64,000 nt of DNA from Epiperipatus broadwayi (lineage: Eukaryota; Animalia; Onychophora). Location: NCBI GenBank assembly GCA_028023455.1, contig JAQFVV010000003.1, positions 23,870,001 through 23,934,000 of the forward strand, written 5' to 3'. The notes below the pieces were generated by a model. The model saw nothing but the letters and a program-made list of their open reading frames with translations. It did no database searches and was not told the DNA's origin. Both the position numbers and the translations under genes were made by a program. Below, one piece after another: positions 52,364-64,000 of the stretch. How positions within the stretch are numbered: the stretch's first letter is position 1; every line of letters begins with the position of its first letter.

Positions 52364-55300
52364 GTAAGTATCAGTTATATATTTATTAGTATCTATTTTT
52401 GTATATATACTAATCCTATTAGATATCAGTGTGAATTTATACAATCCTACAAATATTTCTCATGCATCAGACTTAAATGATGTAGTTGTAAATAATAAGA
52501 TGCTATAATAAGTTTGTGCTAAGGAAATGGCAAGTAATTTTCCCAATGAAGATCAAAAGTTATCATTTGTTTAGAGTATTCTATTGCTTGGTTATGTACA
52601 TTTTAGTTACAAAGAAAATAAATTTTAAATATATATATATAGTTTTTATAAGAATAACTTATGACTAATCACTCTTGAGGTATTTTATATTTTGTGGAAA
52701 ATATTGTCCAAGTTATTTTCAGATAGCCTTGTTTTACATTAACTTTTCTGGTTTGAATTTTACTCTACTTGTATAAAATAATAAAATAGCTACCCTGTGA
52801 GGTTTAATTCAATGATAGAATGACTGATGTGAGAATCTTACTTCTTCTATGTTGCACAGTGTGTCACTTGTACTGCTTACTGATAGGTGGATTCAAAAAC
52901 CCATGAATATTTTTTAATACAAATAATTTTTTGAATCCCTTTATCATTAATTATTCAAAGGATGTATGACAAATGAATGCTAAAGGTGATGGATTGAGTT
53001 ATGTCAATCCACCACTGTGCTAAACCACATAGATTAGCCATCTTTATTATTTTATTTTAGTGAAGCTTTGTGTATTATTTAAAATCCATTTCCAAAAACT
53101 TAAAAGAATTTAGATATAAAATGAAATAATATAGTGATTAGAATACTTTGATGATGCCATCTCATCTACATGAATTCTTCATTTGTTAAAAAGGATTTGC
53201 TCATAAAAATATTATTTAAAAAATGGATTCTCTAGCATCAAAATATGCCACCCACAATTCTATTTGGACTCATAATTTTATGGTAAAAGTTTAACCCTTT
53301 CTTGTATTATAAACAATTTATTATGATAAAATTATGTCACGCATTATGATATTCAAAAAGCATATGATAAAACTCATCACTGTTATTAAATGTATTAAAC
53401 ATAAACATGATTCTAAGTTTATAAAAGTGAATGTTTGAATGTTAGCAGTGAAAATGTATTTATGTAGTAAAATATACTTTTAGCTGTGCATATAAATATA
53501 GGAGTTAAAAACTGTTTTGCTCAAGTTTTCACTTTGGCGCTTAAACAATATATGATTTCCTGAGCAACTGATTTTTACAATTTCCTCTAGTTAAATAATC
53601 AGTGTTATTTAAAAGTTGAATTCAAAAGATAAAAAAAAAACTCAACAGAAATAATGTCACATAATAATGTATATTTTCTATAGGAGAAATATATATTAAA
53701 ACTTGGATTAAATAAAAAGAGAGGAAAGAATTTGAATAATTTATAATATGTTAGAAGAATGGGTCTGAAATGGGAACATTTTAAAAATTTGACTATGAAT
53801 TACTTAAAAGTGTTTAAATGTAGGCATATTTTTTAGAATAAAATCAGCAAAAATGATTTTCTAATAGAACTTTATGAATAAGAAATTACTGTATACAATT
53901 TGTTAAACAAGTGCACCAGTAAACTTTCTTATAAAATTAGTGATGGTACCACATTTGTAATTTTTAAAGAACAAGTTACTATTAGAAAACATTTTAAGAT
54001 AATTTTTTTTAAAGCATTTTTAATTGTTTTACATTAGCTTTTTTTTTTGTCAGTGCAGTTTTCACCTTCATCATATTGCAGACATTCACCAGTATTGAAA
54101 CTTAGGCTCTCCTCTTATTATGCTTAAAGATCATGATTTTCACTTATTGGGTGAGCTAGAGATTTCACACATTTTAATCACTATGTCCAAATTTGATGAC
54201 TCAATGTTTTTTCACCATATACTTTTATGCAAGGTAAAAGTTGATTTCTACATACTTTTAAAACTTGTAGAAGAGTGAAAAATCATGGCATTGCAAAAAT
54301 ATTTTCATGTTCTTTTTTACTTTTCTTAGCATATTCCTCAACTTCACTATATCATAAACATCTATTATGATAGAAACTCAAACCACTCTTTCTTACTATG
54401 CATTTTATGAATAACATTGACTCATCAATCTTTGCTATTTGCATATTTTTGTTCATAGTTTTGCATAAATAAGAGATGATATATTAAAATACTATATATT
54501 CTATACTACTGTAAATAAACATTTAATAAAATATATATAAAATAGAAATATAATGTATTTTTTTTTTGCCTTTTATGGGCTATGTTGCAATTTTTTTTTT
54601 ATGGTTACTGGTTCAAGTTTATGAATTATTTTATTTTTCACAATTTCAAGTGATATCATTAATGTTTTTAACGTTAATGCAGATTTTTTATTTCATAAAT
54701 TTAAATGTTATGTTTACATGTTTGTTTCCCAGGAATAATGTAACAATGTGTGCATATGGGTTTTATGTAGATGTGTAAATAAGTGAAAGAATAATAGAAA
54801 GATAAGTGGACTGGTGAGTGAACATTGGTAACTTCAAAAGACTGTATGAACTGAATTATTATAAAAAAATGAATGTAAAATATATTTATAAAATACACTG
54901 TGTAATAATTAAACTGTTCTTTACAAGTAAATCATACAGATTTTATGTTGTTAGTTAAAAGTAGAGTTTGGTGGCTATCCCACAAGAACATAAATACCTT
55001 TTTTCATAGAATTAATAATTTTGTATTTGCATTTTATATTCTAAAATATAGTGTTTGCCTTCAGTTGATCAACAATTTTTATAAAAATTCATAATCTCAA
55101 GTTCAGTATTGTATTTTTAAATGATGGTTGATATCTTCATGTTGTTTGTTTTTAGTAATATTTAAACTCACATTTAAGCTGTAAATATTGGCAATGAAAC
55201 AATGTAAACAATACTATATAAAAAAAATAAAAGAATGGGGTTTCTGAAAGCAAACAGTTTTTATATATGTTTATTATTTTACTGAAATAAGGGAGAATTT

Positions 55301-58300
55301 ACTTTTCACAATTGTACCCTTAATAAAAATCACTTAATGAATGAAAAATGAGTGATAATTATCATCTTATTTTTTTAATAATTATTATTAAAATTTATAA
55401 CTAAATGAATCATTATTTTTTCCTTCATTCTCTTTCCATTTTCGTTTTTTATTGCATACAGGAACCTAAGTTAATATTGGGCTCAGTCATTGTGATCCTT
55501 GTCATGCCATTAATCATCTCTTAGTAACCAATAAGATTGTAGGTTTATAGAATCCTCCATTCTCTAACTACATGCAATGCAATTTTGACTCAGATTTTTT
55601 ATTCAAAAAAAGAATAAACTTTTTTAAAATCTCTATTTATCTGTCTATTGGTTTACTAATCCATTCATCTCTGTCTGCCCATCCATTAACATAGCACTTA
55701 ACATATTATGTAGAGGATTATCTTGAATAACTTTATCCAGAGGAGTGAATGTTGGATGAATAAAGATATTAAATGTAAATAAAATTAAATTATTTAATGT
55801 TTTAATTTACAGAGCTATTTCTATACATTTTCTTGCAAAAAATATTGGTTATTATTGTTAGAGGGCTGCTTAATTAGTTATAGGAAAGCACTTGAAGATT
55901 CATCTCATTTGTTATATATATTAGATGTTGAAATTATTCTTCATTATATATATTATAATAGAAAAAGAAGTAATAAATAATTAAAGTGGGAGCATTAGAA
56001 CTTTTTATTATTATTTTTTTTAGCTCTTTTTCTTCTGTGAGAATATCTACACTTGCTTGTAAATCATCTATTATTGATGAATAAATTTTTTTTAATAATT
56101 TGATCTCCATATATTATTTATTATTATGCTAGATCGATCAAAATTGAATTTTTTATATATTATTCTGAATTTAAAATATGTTAAGACATGAATTGATTTA
56201 TTAATTTTGACATAAGTATTATTTCTTTATGTGATCTTAAACAAACGATAACCATATTGAAATATAAAATGGCACAATTTTGGTTTATTTATTATTAAGA
56301 TTACTCTTAAAGTGATAAATTATGAAAGTGGGAAAACAAACAAGTATTAAGTATCCATGCATTTATTTTATTTCATATCCAACCTAATTTTTTTCATATA
56401 TATCACTCATTTATTTTTAAAGATTTTTCTAATTGCATAATTTAAATAATTATATTTTTTATTAAAAAAAGAAAAATAATTTATTTACATGTTAATTATA
56501 GTTAGACGAATATTTTTTAAACAAATACATTTATTTTGGAAGGGCATGAAATTTTTTTTATAATTCTTTCAAGAAATGAATGTATATTAATATCTGCATG
56601 TTATTAAAATATAGGAGTAGGTTTAAAATGGACAGATATTATTTGTTTTAAATGTAATTTTAATTATTAAGATTTCCAAAGGTTTTTAATACTCTTTTAA
56701 CTTCAAAGAATAAGATCTATAATTTTAGTTTTGTTTCATGTGAGGCAATTATTTACATATATTTAAGCAATATAAGTTAAATATTCAGAAAACTTAGTTA
56801 AACAAAACTTTCAAACAATATTTTTATTTTTTTTAAATGAATTATTTTTTTCCATTTCTTCTATATACTTATCTTTTTATTATTTTTTCTCAAGTATTTT
56901 GGTATTGAGCAAGAGGTAACTATACACAGAATAGAAAAAATATAATCATTTTAACAAATTTATTTATTAGAATTGAACTTGTCCTGATAAATATTCTTTT
57001 TTTTTTTGTAATGATAAAATTATACAATCTTTACTAATTTATAGTTGTTTTTCAACTTCTATTCAAAATGATTTATCCATTGATAAATATTATATATATT
57101 TTTTGTTTTTGCGAACTCTATATATAACATAATATATATATTTTTACACATCTCTTTTTAAAAATTTGTTTTTATTTTATGTAAATTATAATTTCTACAA
57201 ATTTTATTTAAAGTTTGATTGTATTTTAGGGTCTTCATCATGATATATATATCATTAATTATTTTTTCCTTTTCTAATGCTAGATTCTCCCTTTTCATTT
57301 CTTAGTTACCATCAACAGAATGACTATTCTTAGATAGACTAATTTATCATATTTCAAAGTTTATGGTAAGAAATAATATAATATAATGATCTGATTTGAA
57401 ATGTTATGTTTTAAGATAAATGTTCCAACAGACAAAGCTTGCAATTCACCTTTAAAATGTTTTATTTTCTTTTTCTTGCCACATTTTGTACTAATTAGAT
57501 AAACTAATTGCTAAAGGTCAAAAACCATTAAGTTAAATAATGTGCTATTATTATTAATATTTTTATTAATAAAATTTTATTAATATTGTTAAAAAAATTA
57601 TTGACACTAGATTCTTACATATTTATTATATATTTTTTAAATGTAAAATAATAAGAATTAACAATGACAATAAATAAAATCCACCATACAGGTTGTTTTA
57701 ATATAAATAAAATTCGAGATTATGTTAGTAGATGACAACGTTAAGCTTATCAACATTATTGGCTTTTACAGTTTCAACATGGGAAACAGATATTTGAAAA
57801 ATATAGATGGTCATTAGTTCATAGTCTGAGAACTAAAGTAAATAATCAAATGATTGTTTTCTCAAATATCAAGTGACATTCAAATTCTAGTGAAGATTTA
57901 ATCCAGAAATCTTCCAATTCTTGAATGCTTTATGATTCTCATATGCAAAATTATACAGGGTATATTTAAAGTGTGCTAATAAATGGCCTTGGTCTAATTG
58001 AAATCTGTATTAAGCAATTATAATATGTAATGCTAAGTCACTAAGGGAAATAATTAGATTTAATGTCTTGGAAGAGGTTCTTTATAACATGATTTATGAT
58101 CTAGCAATAAAACAAACTTTTTATAAGTCATTGTTTTCTATATATGCTATATTCTGATTTTTATATGTGTTTTATTAAATGGTTATTTGGAATCCACATG
58201 ATCTATTTTATTGATTAATAATTCTTTTCTATAATAAATGCACACATCCAGTTTTTAATTTAATATCTGTGTGTATATAAAATAAAATTTCTATGTAAAT

Positions 58301-58899
58301 TACTGAGTAATTCTAATAATTATTCTACATTTGTAAGTGATATTTATAAAAAATTGCTTTCAAAGTAAAATCTTGTTTTTAAAATTAATACTTTGAAATG
58401 AAAACATTTATCAGTGTTATCAATACCAGTAATTTAGCCAATTTATTCTTGACTAGTTTAATACAGTTTAATAATCACTTCTGATTTTTATGAGGTAATT
58501 GAAGTGTTTTATTTAAACATTTTGCTATCAATTTATGTAAACTTGCATCAAATACACAGTATACATTTATTTCCTTAAATTTATTTTTACATTTTTGTTT
58601 TCAAGATAATTAATAATATTCTTTCTGACTGTGTGTTTATATATTTTGATTTGAGTCTTATAGTATATATAATAAATTTAAATTACTAATAGTATTGTAT
58701 ACATATATTTTGAAGAATTCACTTTTAAAAGCAAGCTTTCAGCTAATCTAAATTAGCCATTGTCAATCATAACATTAGTTGATAATAGCTACTTAAATTT
58801 ATTGTATTTAAAATATAGATATATTATAAAATATCACATCCCTTTAAACATTAAGAAATTTTCATCTATGATCTCCATAAATAAACATAAAAAATTCTT

Positions 58900-59401
58900 T
58901 ATTTTTATATTGGACTATTTCCATCATCTAATATGTGTGATGAATGTCTTTAGAAAAGTTTAATTTTATTTAAATATTCCAAATGCATTCAACTGTTAGT
59001 AATATCACAGAAAACAGGATGGCTTAGTTGGTTAGAGTGTTACCTTAAAATTCAATAATCAAGAATCTAAGGACCCAGGTTCGAATCCCATGCTAGTACT
59101 GTGACTGGTCAGGCCAGCAACACCTGAAGAAGAGAGGAGAAAAATACCTCTCGAAACATTGTGCATATACTAACCTGTTTGCTGTGATTTTACTAACAGT
59201 TAGTGCATATACTAACCTGTTTGCTGTGATATTACTAACATTGTTTGCTGTGATATTACTAACAGTTGGTGCATATACTAACCTGTTTGCTGTGATATTA
59301 CTAACAGTTGAATGCATTTGTAATATTTAAATAAAATTAAACTTTTCTAAAGACATTCAACACACATATTAGATTATGGAAATACCTCCAATATAAAAAT
59401 A
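58900..59401 (+). mobile_element. HHR family B: tRNA-Leu(TAA)-derived head plus hammerhead within 111-bp inverted repeats
   Basis: Head 59013-59098 ACAGGATGGCTTAGTTGGTTAGAGTGTTACCT-TAA-AATTCAAT...GGTTCGAATCC (59078-59088)...CTAGTA resembles tRNA-Leu-TAA. HHR: CAC-CTGAAGA(59124-59130)-A-GAGAGG/CCTCTC-GAAA-CATT-GTG. Arms 58900-59010 and 59290-59401 differ at about 5 positions. Confidence 0.85.
59161..59310 (+). repeat. ~42-bp minisatellite (about 3.6 units) inside the family B element
   Basis: gtgcatatactaacctgtttgctgtgat(a/t)ttactaacagtt(a/g) repeated, with one partial unit. Confidence 0.9.
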
Positions 59402-59540
59402 CAGCTAGAACACCATCATCACAAACCTTCAGAAAAACAATATAAAAGTCTGCATTGCAAATAGTCAGTTCAAAAAAGCATCTGTTTGAACTATAAATTA
59501 CCATGATATTAAACAATGAAACATGGACTTATTCAAACAA

Positions 59541-59715
59541 AAAGCATGAAGTCTGATCATTAACAAACATGTTTACTATATATATATACACAATGACAGA
59601 ATAAACATTAGTTATTTTATTTTTTGAAAGCATGAAGTCTGATCATTAACAAACATGTTTACTATATATATATACACAATGACAGAATAAACATTAGTTA
59701 TTTTATTTTTTGAAA
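59541..59715. repeat. Perfect 86-bp tandem duplication
   Basis: aaagcatgaagtctgatcattaac...ttattttattttttg starts at 59541 and 59627. Confidence 0.92.
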
Positions 59716-60729
59716 CTTCCAACACAAATATATAAGAAATAATTCCAGCACATAATGCTACCTGAAATAAATTTTAAATATGGAATGATCAGAGGGAGTA
59801 GCTGAAATTTTTTTACCATTTGAGATGATTAAATATTTGATATTTATTTCAGGTAGTGTTATGCACTTGAATTATTTCTTAGATGTATATTTGTATATAG
59901 GTAAACATTATTAAAAAACTTTTAAGTAACCCACTTCAGAGGAAAGATTTCCCTAATAATCTTACAAAGAAAACAGTGTCATGAAAATTTAAGTAGTTTT
60001 TTTACCCTTCCTTTATCCTGTAGCTAAGAATTTTTAGATATCCATCATATTATGGCTAACAACTTGAAGGAAACTCTTAATGTGAATTGGAACCTTATAA
60101 GAAAACATCAATTTTTACTAGACTTATATTCAAATTCAAGTCATGCTAATGATAAATAAATGCACCATCTCTATACTATGAGAATCTTATATATGCATAT
60201 AAATTTAAATGTTACTATTTGACTTGATAACTTTCAGAAACATTAAATAATTAAGATTTATATCCTCATAAGACATTTTAACTTCTATCATATTTATGTA
60301 TTCACAAAAACAGGTACATGCAAATATAGGAAAAACAAATAATTTGTAGATACATATTAGAAGAAAACTTAAAAAGGAAAAGGATTAAGTAGACATATAG
60401 TTGGTTTAATTGAAATTGACAATTATTATCATTGGATCATCATCATTTTAATACAGGTTGAATTATTATTCAAAAACATATTATCCAAAAAATGGTCAAA
60501 AAAGATCTTTGCACTTTTGCAGTAAATAAATTAATGAATTAGTTTGTATATGCATTTACAAACAAAATTTGAAAGGGAAAAAACATTTACCTAAGCCTAA
60601 TTATGGTAAGTTGCCTATATTTTCTACCTTAGCAAAATTTGGATTTATAATAAGGAAACTATTCTTGAAATCCAAATAATTCACAAATTTAAAAAAAAAA
60701 AAAACTACACACCAGACTTACACTTTCAG

Positions 60730-63520
60730 CTGAATGCAGGGCTAAGGTTGGTCAATTTTTCTGATCACTTGACACTGCATGTTGGCATTGAGGTGGCTGA
60801 TGGGCCTCCAACAGTGTATGGGTTGAGGAGTACTAAGGCTGCAGGTCTCATTTCTGAAATTTATATATATTTGTTTAAAATCAATATTTTGAATTTAGGC
60901 GCCTTTCAGGCCTGGACTGCCTTCCTTGAAGTGATGCAGGCTATTATAAAAAAATTCACTTGGAACTCTTCTGGCCTAGCAAAACTATTAATTGAGCTAA
61001 ATGATATTGCAAATAAACTGGATTTGCTCTCTGGCAGAAGTCACAGTGTTGATGAAGTTCTATGACTGAAGGAACATTTCCGAAACAGTCAAAGCATCTT
61101 GGCAGAACATCATCAAGTGTGCCAGTAAGTTTTTTAGGAACTGGCACTGATGGAACACAAGTTATTTGAGGTGGAAACTGGGAGAAAGAAGGAAACAGAT
61201 TACCCCTCATCAATTGTCCTTGGTGGGCAATCATATATCGGGGATGCTATGATCCTGGTAATCCACAATTTACTTGCAGTGTCAAGGTATGGATATTAGT
61301 AGAACTGAGTGCTGGGTGGATTGCTCATTGGATCATGGAATCACTAATCAAGATATCTTTAAAAAACTTAGATCATTCATGGAGAGAGCCCACCCTGGTT
61401 CACATGTGATTCCCAAGTTCCTCTTACTACACCTGAGTTATTTCATTGTGCCAATCATCTTGGGAGTCACCAATGAGCTGGCCACAGGATGTAGGTCAGT
61501 TGAGGGTCTGTACCCGGTCTTGCTAGTATCCTTTTTAAAAGAACATGGTTCATCCTCTGAGCTCTCTAGTCTTCGGCTGATTTCTATGATGCCTCGGGTC
61601 ATCAAGATTGTTGAGTTACTTCTCAAGGATTGCATTCAAAATTTCAATTTATCAAAACTTATCTGTTGTGCAGTCTGCAAAAAAGGGCTACCTATGACCA
61701 ATGCTGTCTGTTTGTTCAAGATTATACTCGAGCATCGTAGAGGTGTTAGGCCAATCGCTGTCCAACTTGACATCAGGGCAGGATTTGACTTAGTGAGGAT
61801 TGATCTGCTCATTGAGGTACTTAAGTGTTATATGGTCTCCGAGGCCCATCGTTCCATAATCCAAAATCTTCTTAGTAATAGAGAGATTCTTGTTACTTTG
61901 AATGGAAGGGTGGCACCTGGCTTTTATCTGAATTTCTATCCCACAAGGCTCTTCACTCAGTACTATTTTGTTCACAGCATTCATCAACCTGCTATTCATT
62001 AGAGAGACCTTTCAGGTATTCATATTTCGAACTTGAGAAGAAAGGTCAAGGGTCTTGCATATGTTGATGACATTGTGGTATTTCTTCCATCAGAGAAATA
62101 TATTCCTAGTCTCAAGAAAATCATGTACTGGTATTCTGAGAACTATGGCCTCAGCTTTAATCAGGAAAAGTCTGTGGCATGGTGGTTATTGATTGGGAAG
62201 ATTTCATCTAATTTTTTAGCCATGCCATAGAAGTTTCTTAGTTTTTCCCTTATGTTGTCTATAAGAGATATGAGAATTCAGGTTCAAAGAAAACTACTTG
62301 AGCCCATCAAAAGAACAGTCAATTCGATTTTAGGGAATTGTCATTGGTGGGAAAAGTGGTATTACTCAATATGCTAGCCTTCCTAAAGATAAAATTATTT
62401 TATGCCAGTAATAGTGCCAACTAATGGTTTCCAGGCAAAGATTAACTCTCTCTACTCTAATCTGTTCCAGAAAAAAAATATTGTCGCGATAAACCACAAA
62501 GGGATGTGCAAACTCAGAACGGTTGATGGACTTGCCCTTCACTCTATTCAAACCTTTCTGTATCAGAGGGCCCGTAATCTGTTGGTTGGGATAAAAGAGT
62601 GTTTTATATCATCTGTTTTTCATTATTTTATTCCCACACTGACCCACTACCATCTACGGATGGGCCCCCGCCTGTAAAACCATTGGCTTGGCTGAAGAGG
62701 CTTGTTGCATTGGTTAAGGGGGCAGGAATTGAAAGTGAATTGTTGGATAAATTGAAATATTGGGATGTACACCAATTGCTTTACCCTACGACAGCTGCTC
62801 CTCAGGACTTCTTGGGACTTTTGAATGATCTGTTAATTAGAAAATCTCCAACATATCTAGATTTTATCATAAAAGTAAATGTTACTGCACTCCAGTAAAT
62901 TTTTAGTCATGAGGAGAGGCTCTTAACAAACTAAATTCAGTTTGCTAGATGTGCAATTGAGAAAATGAATCAATGCAACATCTATTCTTTGGTTGTGTGG
63001 TATTAGATAAATGCAGAGTAATACTCAATGGTTGGATCACATTCTATAAACAAAGGAATTTTTTTAACTTGAATGAATGCCTAAAAACTGAAGTCTTTGG
63101 AATAATTAGACTGTCAATCATGATAAACTATATAGTCTGGACAATGAGATGCCATCTCTTATTTGGGAAGAGTAATGGTAATTTACACAACAAACTTTTG
63201 TATTTGCACAACAAACTTTTGTGCAAAATCAAGGCTATCAGGAAGAGGGCTTAATCTCACCTGAAAGAATCTATAATGATACCTGGAAGCTTGTGGTGTT
63301 GCCAGAATAGTTTTAGCTTCAGAGCTGGGGGACTTCCTTTAAAATTTGTTCAAAGTCACTATACATAAGCCACTAAGATGGCTCTGTCCATGGTTAGGTG
63401 CACTCATTTTGGGCAACTGATAGTCAAAGGATTAGCCCTCCCATAATCATCGGAATGTTGGAGAATAAGTATTGTTTTCCTTCTCATGTTTTGTCAAGTA
63501 AAGATGTCAATAAATGGACA
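60730..63520 (+). mobile_element. 5'-truncated, decayed L1/Tx1-clade LINE ORF2 plus 3' UTR
   Basis: EN C-terminal FSDH; RT motifs LRLISMM, QLDIRAGFDLV, VTLNG and LAYVDDIVVFL (YVDD 62060-62071); GLALHSI; C-terminal MQHLFFGC zinc-binding motif; aataaa near 63510; several frameshifts. Confidence 0.85.
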
Positions 63521-64000
63521 AGACTTTTTTTCATTCCTTAAACTGTCTGAACACTAATCATAAATTCCAAGACAATTTGTTTAATTTTTTACTTTGTATT
63601 TATAGGCAATTTACTTTTGAAAATAAAAAAAAAGTCCTAGAATTAAGAATTTCAGATTAATGACAATTTTCCTATAATGTAAAGAGCTTTGTAATATTTA
63701 TCATTAATGAAGTGATTGTGTTTGGTACAAAGAAGTTTGATAATAAAGTTAGATCAGTTTAGAGTAGAAATGTTATATCACATTAAAACAAGGCACACAT
63801 GTGTACATGTATTTAAATGAAATCAAATGTATTAATGCCATAAAAATGTTTATCAAGTATTAATAAGTTTTAATTTAAATTTTTTTTTCTCAGTGATGAA
63901 AGCTTTTATTCATCAAAAGACAAAATACACAACAGTTAAAAAGGCTTACAAAGAGATCATTACATGGAAAAATGAAATTCAAATACAATATGGTGAAGGG

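Noticed and set aside
57306-57365. Candidate next PXDN exon (cttag...gtaag)
   Set aside because: Stops in all three frames and no LRR pattern; the expected YLYKN-type exon was not found in the window.
59013-59098. Functional tRNA-Leu(TAA) gene
   Set aside because: Acceptor and anticodon stems do not pair properly, and it is embedded in a repeat with a diverged second copy.
59093-59317. Repetitive ORF (NITANRLVYA) or CRISPR-like array
   Set aside because: Head-to-tail minisatellite without unique spacers in eukaryotic DNA; the ORF is a by-product.
60730-63520. Horizontal transfer of the GC-richer LINE
   Set aside because: Higher GC than the intron is normal for coding-derived TE sequence; no evidence without a phylogeny.

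Overview
Very AT-rich animal (invertebrate-like; species not determinable) genomic DNA. The window lies inside a peroxidasin (PXDN/Pxn-like) gene on the + strand. Only two 72-nt LRR exons are visible (1036-1107 and 52292-52363), separated by a 51,184-nt intron; the next exon lies beyond the window. The rest is decayed mobile DNA: RTE LINE remnants, an L1/Tx1-type LINE, a Gypsy LTR element, a young solo LTR, a hAT MITE, three Penelope-like (PLE) 3' ends, SINE heads and simple repeats. The most notable signal is a dense set of minimal type I hammerhead ribozyme (HHR) motifs, about 12 good ones and a few decayed. Some sit on PLE tails; the others belong to three non-coding families. Family A is a ~380-420-nt retrozyme-like unit found single, terminally repeated and in an inverted+tandem array with a 13-bp TSD. 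Family B is a tRNA-Leu-derived Pol III head fused to an HHR inside long inverted repeats. Family C is a related HHR unit, also with inverted arms. A separate 83-bp tRNA-Gly-derived element with a TAC anticodon and 17-bp TSD occurs twice. All calls come from manual reading; no alignment, folding or database search was run.
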